This document shows positions 38,384 through 48,675 of a stretch of DNA of 64,000 bases, piece by piece; within the stretch, counting starts at the first letter, position 1; the number at the start of each line of letters is the position of its first letter. The notes beneath the pieces are model-generated. The model made no database searches. It was not told the origin of the DNA and saw only the letters and a list, made by a program, of their open reading frames with translations. The stretch is from Camelus ferus. Taxonomy: Eukaryota. Where the stretch lies: assembly GCF_009834535.1 (NCBI RefSeq), contig NC_045696.1, forward strand, positions 33,854,001 through 33,918,000, given 5' to 3'. The translations under genes and the position numbers were made by a program.

Positions 38384-40449
38384 TATCAGACTGTAACAAC
38401 CCAAGTGAAGGGTTTAGAGGAAGAACCACTCAGAAGGACTTTGAGTTGGGAAGTGCCACAATCAGAAAAAAATAAGGTCTGCGCTTTATAACAACAATTC
38501 AGGCAGCAGTGTGTTGTATGGATTGCAAGTTATACAATTTGATAATTTCCAACTCAAAGTGGTATAAACACATGATTTGAAAGGTAGAGTGGGCACTTGG
38601 GGACATCGATCAAGGGGAGAAGGGTTGAGAATGGGACGTATCCTAGGAAGACTGAATCGTTAATCTTTGAAGTCAGGGATCAAACCAGGAATTGTTTCAT
38701 TATTAAGGCCATGTGTGGCCTGAAACACTCAAAAAGACCAGGCCTCAATAATTTGGCCACATTGCCAGCGGTGCGTGGGTTTGGATCTTTCTCACTGCAG
38801 GAAATAACAGCGATTCAGGCCAAACTAGAAAACACTGGGTCACATCTCGGTGTTTATGGCCCATGAGCTGGGAATGGGGACCAGTAGAAGGAACGGAGAA
38901 AGGAGACAGGAAAGAGAGGTGGTTGCTGTCAGATCTTAAAGTAACTGCCATTCATCTGAAGGGACAGGGGAGGGCAGCTCTTGGGAAATGTATTAAGTTC
39001 CTCAGCGTTTTCCTTACCTCAGTGATTTCCACGTGGATAAGAGTTCTCAGGCCAAGATCCTTTTGAAAGAACATAGCACCTCTCACATAACATTCCAGAA
39101 GCACAGCAAATAACAAGGGTGACTGTGGAGTGAACCTATGACTGGAAAGTGAAGCCAGAATTTCTGCATTCCTTGCAAGTACCCATAGTTCCTTTAATTA
39201 TACTTGGGGCTTGTAAACAGGAAAGTGCTTCACAGATGTAGAAAATCCAAGAAGTAATCCAAAAAGTAAAATAAATATATGGTCTTGCAAAACCAAACTA
39301 GAATAAAGCGACGTGATTTACTAAGGGAGAGGACTATTTTGGAGACATAGTAGCAACAATGGAATCCTGCGCAAAATGCTACTGACTTGGGAAAGCTTTG
39401 TCACTCAGGGAGAGATTGTCAGGTTTGATAAATATAACAAAGATGTAGGAAATAAAATGAGGGAAATGACTTATATTTAAAAATCACAAGTTTAAGGGAA
39501 AAAAATCTATCTACCTATCATCACATTTCCAAACTTTCCTTTGAGAGAGAGAAAAAAAATTCCTAGAGTCCTTTACTTTTGCGGTTATTCCTGAAAATAT
39601 TTTTACAACCCTCTTCAATCTATTTCCACTATTAAATATCTCCATCTTGTTTTACCAATTCATATTTGTCTAAATTTTGAGGTTTTACAGACTCTTCAGT
39701 TTTGCTTTTCTCCTATCCAGATTTCCATCTATGTAACATTAGGAAACCTCCGATGCCAATATGAAACTCATAAAATTTGGTAGTGAATCAGACCAACAAT
39801 TTAAGAGGTAGTTTTCGGAGAAAGTCCAATTGTATTCAAAAACATCTGCAAAGTACTTTTTTCCCCCTCAGCATCCAGAAGGCACACATGAAGTTGATTG
39901 AGTCTGTTAGACATGAAGTATTTCAATCAAAGTTATCATTCCACAGAAGTAAGAATTTGTTCCATTTATTAACAATTAACATGCTGCTTATCACACGATT
40001 CATTAGCACGCTTGTGTGAACACAACAAGCTTGTTATCTAATTCGCTTTCCCAGAATTCCTCTCACTCTCCCTGGCGGGAAGTCACCGTGGGGACATCTG
40101 TTTCTTGTAGAGCTATCAAGAATGATAAGCAGCTTCTTGGGTTGCTTAAGTCATAGATTTTCCTCCCTCTTCTCCAACAGCTAATATTCTCTTTTTTTCT
40201 GCCATATGGAAAAAATAAATACCAGAACTTAAAATATCAGAAAAAAAAAAAAAAAGAGAAATGAGAATGAAACTCTTTGAACACTGACCATGAAAGAAAT
40301 ACTTACAGAGTGTGTTCAAAGGTGTTGGACTTTCTGTGTTATTGTTATTAAATTAGTGACCATATCAAAAATGTTAACTAGCAAAAATTTTCCTTTATGG
40401 CACTCTATTCAAAAGTTCAAATGGACACAAAATGTTAAAGTCATACCCC

Positions 40450-41427
40450 ATTTCCAGTTATTTATTGCTATGTAACAAACACCCAAGACTTGGTGTCTTG
40501 AGATTACATTTTATTATTATCCTAATGAATCTGTGGCTTGACTGAGCTCAGGAAAGTGGTCTCAGACGGAGTCTCTCTAAGGCTTGCAGTGAGATACTGG
40601 TGGAGATACAGTCATCAGAAGACTCAGCTGGACTAGGTAAGCGGGATGGTTCACCCACGTGGCTGGCAGCTGGTGAAGGTTGTTGGCTGTGAACTTGACC
40701 ACCTGTCAGCCGATGTGGGCTGGAGAGGGATTCGAGGAGGTGAGCTGCCCCACCAGAAAAATGTACGAGGAGCCGCCATACCGTGAAACAGACTGTGCGA
40801 GGGGCCGACATGGAGCAAAAGAGCACTTTATTGCAGTACAAGCAGGTGGCATGCACGGTGGGCGGCAGCAGCTCTCGACACTTTCGTCTAGTTCAACAAG
40901 ATGGCACCCACCCGCGTGGTGCGCTTGTCCTGCTTTTATTCATTCTACCTGCACATGCGCATTGTTCATTTCTTTGTTCATACTGCTTACATAATGCCAG
41001 TAGCCCATGCGTGCCTTTACTTCTTTGTTCATATGGCTTACATAACTAGCACATGCGTACATTTACTTCTTACCTCGTACACAGGCGAGTTATTGTGACC
41101 TTTGGCCTGGGTCCCATGGCCTACTCACTTAAGGCTGCGGACACCAACTTAGACCCACCTCGCCATGTGGCTTGGGCTTCTGGTTGCACGGAAACTTGGT
41201 TTCAAGATGGAGTGTCCAAAGAGCAAGTGTCCCACAATACCTAGGCAATAAGCAAAGTTTCTTATGACCCAGCTTCAGAAGTCATGTGGCATCTCTTCTG
41301 TCCTATTCTACTGTTCAAAAAGTAAGTAGTGTCAAATTAAGTTCAATAGGAAGGGACCACACAAGGGCCCCCCAGTGAGGCAGGGGGCATGCCTCATTGA
41401 GGGGCCATCTTTGGAGATCAGTCACCA
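40450..41427 (-). mobile_element. MLT1H/I-type MaLR LTR interrupted by a young LTR
   Basis: TATTGCTATGTAACAAAC, GTGGCTGGCAG, CCATGTGGCTTGGGCTTC, TTATGACCCAGCTTCAGAAGTCA, GGGGCCATCTTTGGAGA. Confidence 0.8.
40704..41143 (-). mobile_element. CpG-rich solo LTR of unrecognised family
   Basis: TGTCAGC...GCGGACA inverted termini, flanks CCACC/CCAAC, AATAAA on minus near 40827, about 20 CpGs in 440 bp, cleanly interrupts the MLT1. Confidence 0.85.
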
Positions 41428-41475
41428 GACCTCCAATTAAAGCTTTATTTGGAAAGCCAAAGAGAAATTCTATGT

Positions 41476-41478
<3 letters not shown>

Positions 41479-41550
<72 letters not shown>
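41479..41550. repeat. (AT)36 perfect microsatellite
   Basis: Directly visible. Confidence 0.98.
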
Positions 41551-41557
<7 letters not shown>

Positions 41558-41727
41558 ACATCATATTTTTAAATGTTATTATATTTTGGAGGAAAACTTT
41601 CCCCAAAAGCATATCTCTAATTTTTAAATAGAATTAAAGGGGGAAAGTAATGATATATTGACAGACTGATTTTATATTAATTAAGCACTTATTTTAATAT
41701 TTATGTTAAGCTGCTCCTTTTACATTA

Positions 41728-41925
41728 CAGTTGACCCTTGAACAAAATAGGTTTGAAGTATGTAGGTCCGTTTATATGTGGATTTGTTTTCAATAGTAAA
41801 TACCACAGTACTATGCTGATTCGTGGCTGGTTGAATCCATGAGTGGGGAACTGTGATTATATTCAGATTTTTGACTGCATAGGGGGTTGGTGCCCTGAAC
41901 CCCTGCATCATTCAAGGGTCAACTG
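41728..41925. mobile_element. Tigger2/MER8-type MITE
   Basis: Perfect 15-bp TIR CAGTTGACCCTTGAA, TA duplication on both sides. Confidence 0.92.
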
Positions 41926-42266
41926 TAATTGCTTTTGGTGTCATTTTCTGTAACATTTATATTGAAAGAAAAGGCCAAGGATTTTGAACCCAGATATACT
42001 TAGAGACGTCAATATGATAGGTAAGAGTCACAGGACTTCTACGTTAATTGTTAGTAACATACTGCAGTCAAATAAAGACTTTTTTTACCCACTCAGCCAT
42101 CTTGGATGACTGGGTTAAATGTCGCTAAGCTTTAACGCAGAGTGTAAGAAAGCAGATCAGATACCACTCAGCAGTTGTTAGAATTTAGCATTCAGTTTAA
42201 GGTAGTTTGGAAGAAAATAAAAAAAAGAAAGAAAAAAGAAAGAGAAAAACCTATTCCTAGTTCCTA

Positions 42267-42909
42267 TGTTGCTGGTGATTAGGTTCTTGTCTCATCGCAG
42301 AAAGAATTCAGAGACAAGGTGCAGAGGTTAAGAAAGTAAAGTGAGGACTTTTTAAGGGATGGATGGTACACTCTCAAGGGGAGAGCAGGCAGGCTCAGGT
42401 GAGCGGCTACACTGAGTTTCTTTGACAAGTTGGTTACACAGAGTATAAAAATGAATGGGCAGAATATTCATTGGGGAGGAAAGGGTTTGGGGTCATATTC
42501 CCTGATTTTCATTCAACTCCATGTTCCTGAAGGGAGAAGGGATTTTTGTCCTTATTTAGTCTGGATCAGAAGCGTCATGGCATTAGTCCATGATGGGGTA
42601 CTTCTAATCTGCAAGGCTAACTTTATTGAAATGAGGGCATAATGAGCAAGAAGTTACATTCAGACACTGGAGATTCCTGCCTTTTCTCACCTTTCTATGT
42701 TGGCCTCCAGGACACTTTCACCCCAAAATGTGTGACCTCTTATCAGCCCAGAGGTTCCCGATTTTCTTCCTCTGCCCAGGGACCCCCATTGTTTACATGA
42801 TGTATGGTCTCTTCCATTTGGCTTATGCCCCTCCTTTTTGCCCAATTCCTGCCATTTGGCCTGCGTCCCCCTTTCTCTGCTCATATCTAGCTATCTGCCT
42901 GCTCTAACA
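42267..42909 (-). mobile_element. ERV1 solo LTR with MER41-like U5
   Basis: TGTT...AACA, TSD CCTA/CGTA; U5 end TGAATTCTTTCTGCGATGAGACAAGAACCTAATCACCAGCAACA resembles that of 7460-7856. Confidence 0.85.
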
Positions 42910-42949
42910 CGTAGTGTAGTAAATTTCATTTCTCTGATTATATAATCCT

Positions 42950-43180
42950 GTTTATTCTTCAAGACTCAGTTTTCTATTTCTTTGCTTGAGATAAATGCCC
43001 TTCCTTAGAGGCCCCTAAAATCTTGTTCATAAGTTTATCATTATTTTTGTCTCCTCCACCAGGCTGTGGACACTTCAAGGATGGGGTCATTCATCTTCTT
43101 ATCTTAGTGTCTAACACAATATTTGCCCTCTAATGAATGTTCATAAAATGCCTATTGAATGAACAAATGAATGACTGAAT
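42950..43180 (+). mobile_element. L2 3' end fragment
   Basis: Ends in TTGAATGAACAAATGAATGACTGAATG, the L2 (TGAA)n tail. Confidence 0.7.
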
Positions 43181-44899
43181 GGGTTTTAATTTTTATTTTC
43201 AGTTTGTAAATAAATTGGCATGAAAAGAATTTTCTTTCTCAAAATGAACAAAGTTATTATGTTATGATGAATGAAATTGCAGCCTAATGCCATGACAGCA
43301 TGCAATAAACAGTTTACTTTAAAAAATAAAGTGATTTTCTAACTTACGTATGATCTAACAATCCTTGAAGTGAAGTTATTTTTTTTTTCTGTACCCAGAA
43401 GACAAGATGTTTTCTAAAGACTGCTTTATTGTTTTGTTTTTGGAATTTGTTTTAGAAAATACAAAACAGGTGTGGATCATCTGTAGTCATTTAAAGAAAC
43501 TTACAAATGAATTTTTTAGTATGTATTTCAAAAAATGCATGCAAACAGCTTTATTTCCAATGCAAATAAAACAAATATTGATATTTATAAATACCACATT
43601 TGAAGCTTTTAAAATTAATATCATAACTTCAAAAAATGAACTCCAATGTCTAGAGTGCTAAGAGAAGAAAAAATAAAGCAAACTTGTTAATTCCAGTTAT
43701 TTATAGCCAAATATAGCTCATTAAATAGTGCTGCTTATTCAGGACAATATTGCTTTTGAACTCAAACCTGACAAAAATAGTTGCTTCACACATTAGGAGG
43801 TGACAATTATGGAATTTACTTTGTTGTGCTGATTCTTCCCATTGTTCAACTTAACTGAAAAACAACAACAAGAATAACAAATACTGCCAACCATTCAAGT
43901 TGCACCAATCAAAAATAATTCCATAAATTGTTGTTCTAGTGGACTAATTTTTGCATCTCTTACAATCTCATGAAAGGTTGTGTGTAAAGAAGATCTCATT
44001 AGACTGCCTGCTTAACTCCAGAGAAATGTAAGGAGGAGATGTCCAAGGAAGAGCTATTTTTCTTTGTTAAAAGAGAAACTTGAAATATTTTATTCATGCT
44101 TCCTGATAAATGTGTTGGAATTGTTTCCATCATGATATAATTAATTAATTAAACCAACTGTAGCGAATTCAGTGAACTATAATTCATTACTCAATTTAGA
44201 AAACAGAGGAAATAGTTCAACAATTTCATGTAACTTAAAATTAACTTACATGATTAATAATAACGTAAAGATTTTAGTAGTTGATAATTGACAAAGTTAA
44301 TAATCATTAACATTTTAGTAAACTAAATTGAAATTTAAAACTTCAAAAATGAACCATAAGAAATTTTTAAATGTATGTATCTTCATGGACCTTTATTTTG
44401 AGGGGAAACAAAGTCCCAAAATGGAGGTTAGAAACATGTAATCTTGACTTTATCCCTATAGCTCTTTAGAGTCTTATTTAGAAAAACAGTTACTGTAGTA
44501 AATGTATTTTTTTCTACTATAAATACATGTAAGACAGATGGCAAGCCATTTGGAAATATTTTATGCCATTATAAAAAGGAAATATTTCACTGCTAATGAA
44601 GATCTCATAGAATTGCCACAAAAGGGCACTCAAACCCTGACAATTGAAAATGATTTTCCTCATATGAAAGACCATAATTTTATCAGGAATTCCTATTGCT
44701 AAGCACATAAATATTTGAAGATTTTTTATCCTATTTGTAAGAAATACCCTATACATTATTAATATAGCAAGTGACAGTTTAAAGTCTAAACCCTAAGGAT
44801 GATTTACCAAATACTTATTAAATAAGCATTTATGATCTAATTGATGTTTCTGATGATTATTTGAAGGATTAGAATGACTGTAACTGTCCTCTCAACCTG

Positions 44900-45240
44900 G
44901 CATATTAATAATTCACCTTTATTAAATACTTCCTATATGTCAGATAGATACTTTACGGTAACTTAGATTCAGAGAAGTTAGGTAACTTGGACAAGATCAC
45001 AAAACTAGTAAGTGGCAAAGTCAGGATTCAAATCCAGGGAGACTGGCTTTGTGCTCACAGCTGAGCTTCTACACTGCACTGTCTCCCTAGAGAGCATCTA
45101 GTAGTTCTCTTGTTACAAATAAGGAAGCCAAAATGCTCTAGGTTAAAATAACGTGTACAAAGCCACACAGTAAAGCTTTGTTGATATCAGAACGCAGCCC
45201 AGACAGTTTATTCCAAGTCCCCAGCTTTTTCCACTATGAC
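44900..45240 (-). mobile_element. MIR fragments
   Basis: TCAGAGAAGTTAGGTAACTTGGACAAGATCACA..CTAGTAAGTGGCAAAGTCAGGATTCAAATCCAGG. Confidence 0.75.
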
Positions 45241-45631
45241 AAACTGCTCCTCACTTCCCCAGAATCCCCAATTTCTCTCAATACCATGGATTTCCACTTC
45301 TGTCCTATTCACCCCCTTCTCAGACCTGTGTTTCTCCCACGGTTCAGTCAATCTGCTCCGTCCATGGGTCAGCTTCATACACCATTCTAGATCCACCTGA
45401 ACTTTGGTGTAGGTCATTTGGCCAAAGTGGAAAGACCCTGAACTGGGCCAACTAGATAAGAGGCATGCATTTTCGGATGGACAAAAGGATCTGACAAAAG
45501 AGAGAGAAATAATGAGAAGAGAGAATTATTGAAAACATGCAAAATGTGAGAAGAGTGAGGGAAATTAATCTGCAAGAGAGAGAACACTTGGAAGAAGAGG
45601 CATTTTCTGGTTCAGAATATTTGGAGGATGA

Positions 45632-46010
45632 TGTGCTGGCCACTCTCTGGCTGCCCCTCCAGATCCATTCTCCACTTGTCTTCACCCTGTATCTGGTATG
45701 ATGACCTCTGTGAATTCCACCAACAGGCTCTCCTTCTGGCAACAGAAGTCACCAGCAAGACTTCAGAGGGAAGGGGTGTGAGGTCAGGTATTTATTTCTT
45801 AGTTCCCTTCTTGTTGGATTGCTGTGGCTTGGCTACAAAATTCTTCCAAAACCACCACCAATCAGGCTACTTTCTCCTTACACTGTCCTCCCTGAGTTCC
45901 AGGAACTGCCCTGTCCCTTTTCCCCTTCAAACCTAGCAGTGGTGATGGTTCTGTCACATTGTGAACCCCAGACTACAACATGCTGTCTTGGTGGTATCTC
46001 CAAGTCCCCT
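45632..46010 (+). mobile_element. LTR33-type ERVL LTR (partial)
   Basis: GCCCCTCCAGATCCATTCTCCAC, GTGAGGTCAGGTATTTATT match LTR33. Confidence 0.75.
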
Positions 46011-46270
46011 ACCGATACAGGAAGGCTGGAAGACAGGAGAGAAGTCATCAAAAAAAATCTCCTTGGCTGTAAGTAAAGAATAGGTCTATTTCAACTGAAT
46101 ATCATTAAGATGGATTTTCTGAACAATGCCAATGCAGTATGTAGTCTGAGGAAACAGAAATCTCCATCATTTGAAGATAAAAGTCAGGCAATTAAGATTG
46201 TTCAGCATGCTGAAGACTTCCGAAAGGAAGCCCCAAACTCACAAAAATTCAAGTCAAAAGTAAACTTGTG

Positions 46271-46454
46271 AAACAACAAGTTTCTTCTGTAAAGCACAGG
46301 GAACTATATTCAATATCTTATAGTTACCTATAATGAAAAGGAATATATGGATGTGTATGTATGACTGAAACATTATGTACACCAGAAATTGACACAACAT
46401 TGACACAAAATTGACACAACATTGTAAACTGGCTATACTTCAATTTGAAAAAAA
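46271..46454 (+). mobile_element. Short 5'-truncated camelid-type L1 3' end
   Basis: AGCACAGGGAACTATATTCAATATCTT..CCAGAAATTGACACAACATTG..TATACTTCAAT + A tail; 15-bp TSD AAAAGTAAACTTGTG (46256-46270) / AAAAGCAAATTTGTG (46451-46465). Confidence 0.9.
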
Positions 46455-46659
46455 GCAAATTTGTGGTGGTTGTTTTAAGTGTACTCTACCAAGTGCCTCA
46501 GAGAGCATTACTCTTTAATAGCCACTCATTTATTAAAGCAGTTTTACTCTAATTCAGACCCAATCTTTATATATTATTTTTAAAAGAAAGATCAACTATG
46601 AAAGAAAAATAAGAATATATAATATATTTATTATATACTAAGAACTTTGCTAAATATTC

Positions 46660-47235
46660 TTTTTTAACATCTGTTTGTTGAGGTTTAATTTATGTAGAGT
46701 ACTATTCAACCTCTTTGAGTATAAAGTTCTACATTTTAACAAATGTATATAGTCATGTTACCACCATTAAAATTAAAGTATAGAATATTTCCATCACACC
46801 AAAGAATTCCTCTGTGCCCATTTGTAATCAGTCCTTTACCCCATACCCTCACTCTAGACCCTGAATACCAGTGAGCATCTGATTTCTGTACCTGTCAGTT
46901 TATAATTTTCCAGAATTTCATATAAATGGAGTTGCAATTTATGTAAACTTTTGTGTCTGAATTCCTTGCTTTAGCATAATGGTTTTGAGAGCCGTCCATA
47001 TTGTGCATGTATCAGTAGTTTGTTCCTTTTATTGATGAAAAATATTCTATTATACCACAGTTTCTCTATTTCCCTGTTGATTCATTTTAGGGTTACTTCC
47101 AGTTTTTGTGATTATGAATAAAGCACTTATTCAGGAGGTCTTTGCGATAGCATATGCTTCCATTTCTCTTTGGTAAACACGTGTGACCATTGTGTCACAT
47201 GGTAAGGGCATGTTAGAAAATTATCAAACTGTCTT
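46660..47235 (-). mobile_element. L1MB-like 3' fragment
   Basis: TATAGAATATTTCCATCAC.CCAAAGA.TTCC, CCAGAATTTCATATAAATGGA, ATCAGTAGTTTGTTCCTTTTATTG. Confidence 0.85.
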
Positions 47236-47289
47236 CCTTGTGCTATGTAGTTATAAGTATTGTCTTATTCAATATCTAGAATACTAAAC

Positions 47290-47930
47290 CTCATTTAAGT
47301 CTTAGGAAAGAAGAATGTTGGTCTCCTTCCATTTTACAGATGAGAAAACTGAGGCTTAGAGAGATGAAGTGACTTGTCCAAGGCTGCATTTCCAGTAAAT
47401 TATAAGGCCAGGATTAGAACCCAGATATTCGAGCTCATGTTTAGAAAACATGACATTAGACTATACTGAATAGTTTGTTATTAAACAAATATTATATTGT
47501 GTATCTATTATGTACCAGTCACTGATCTAGGCCCTGAAAATCTGAGTTAAAATAAAACTGATGAAATCTCTGTGCCCAGGATTACTGCACCAAATCTTCA
47601 AAGCCAGTATAGAGGCAGGTGCCAACTGCTTGACTAAAAATAAACATCATAGAATTGCAGGAAAAACATAGTTTCAAAATCTGGCAGTAGATGATGACTG
47701 TTAGCAGCCTGGGGACAGGCACAACACTTAGGAATCAGACTCTGATCCCAGATCCAGGCTTGGTGACTTGCTAGGGGGAAGCCTTAGGTTGCGTAACCAC
47801 TCTAAGCAATGGTTTCCTCATTTATAAAATAGAAATAGTCATTTCATGGGGATTCAATGAGTTAACATGATACAGCATTTAGAACAGTATCTGGCACACA
47901 GTGAGAGCTCAATAAGTGTTCGCTATTAAC
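47290..47930. mobile_element. MIR (minus, about 47290-47440), L2 tail (about 47470-47580) and MIR (plus, about 47725-47930)
   Basis: CCATTTTACAGATGAGAAAACTGAGGCTTAGAGAG; GTTTCCTCATTTATAAAAT...CTGGCACACAGTGAGAGCTCAATAAGTGTT. Confidence 0.8.
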
Positions 47931-48429
47931 ATGATCAGGGACGTACTGTCAGTTCCAGTCCAAATCCCAAGTTGGCCTCTTACCTGAAATTCTTTTAAGT
48001 TCAGTAAGATCTGTATCTATGAATGTGTTTATTTATTTTCTTCCTTGTTTCTGCAAAGTTGAAGATGGCATCTGTCAGTATTAGGGAGCTGAGGCTTATC
48101 TGAAGGTCATGAATGATGACTTTTAGGTTGTCTTTCAGCTTTGGAGTTTTAAGATTCAGCTTCATGGTGGTAGAATAACCAACAGATACTTCATGAGTAA
48201 TAGCAGAGCCAGGAAAAATAACCCCATTTGTATTTGCCGACTTTTATGCCTATGCAAAATCACTGTGTCTGCTCCAACAGCACTCCGTCCTTTAGTTCTT
48301 GTTCACAAAGTAAAGTAGGGCTTGGGCAGTTAGGACATGCCAATAGCAAGCTTGGTGCTAAAGACATAATCAGAATTAAATATTAATAAGGTGTTTGTCT
48401 CCTTTTTACTTGCCAAACCAAATCAACCT

Positions 48430-48675
48430 CACACGTACACACAAACACACATACACACACACCTATATATACATACACATCATATGCATATATAGGTAAG
48501 CCTATATGTGTATGCCTATATATGTGTGTACGTGTGTGTATATATATGTATAGGTGTATATATGTATATGTGTGTATACGTGTGTGTGTGAGGTATGTGT
48601 GTGTGTGAGGTTGGTTTGGTTTGGCATGTACCAGATATACGTGTGTGTGTATTATATGTGCATATATATGTATAA
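48430..48675. repeat. Compound (CA)/(TA)/(TG) low-complexity tract
   Basis: Directly visible; contains an inverted copy of its own left flank. Confidence 0.95.

Noticed and set aside
41449..41631. ORF with IYIYIY run
   Set aside because: Translation of (AT)n.
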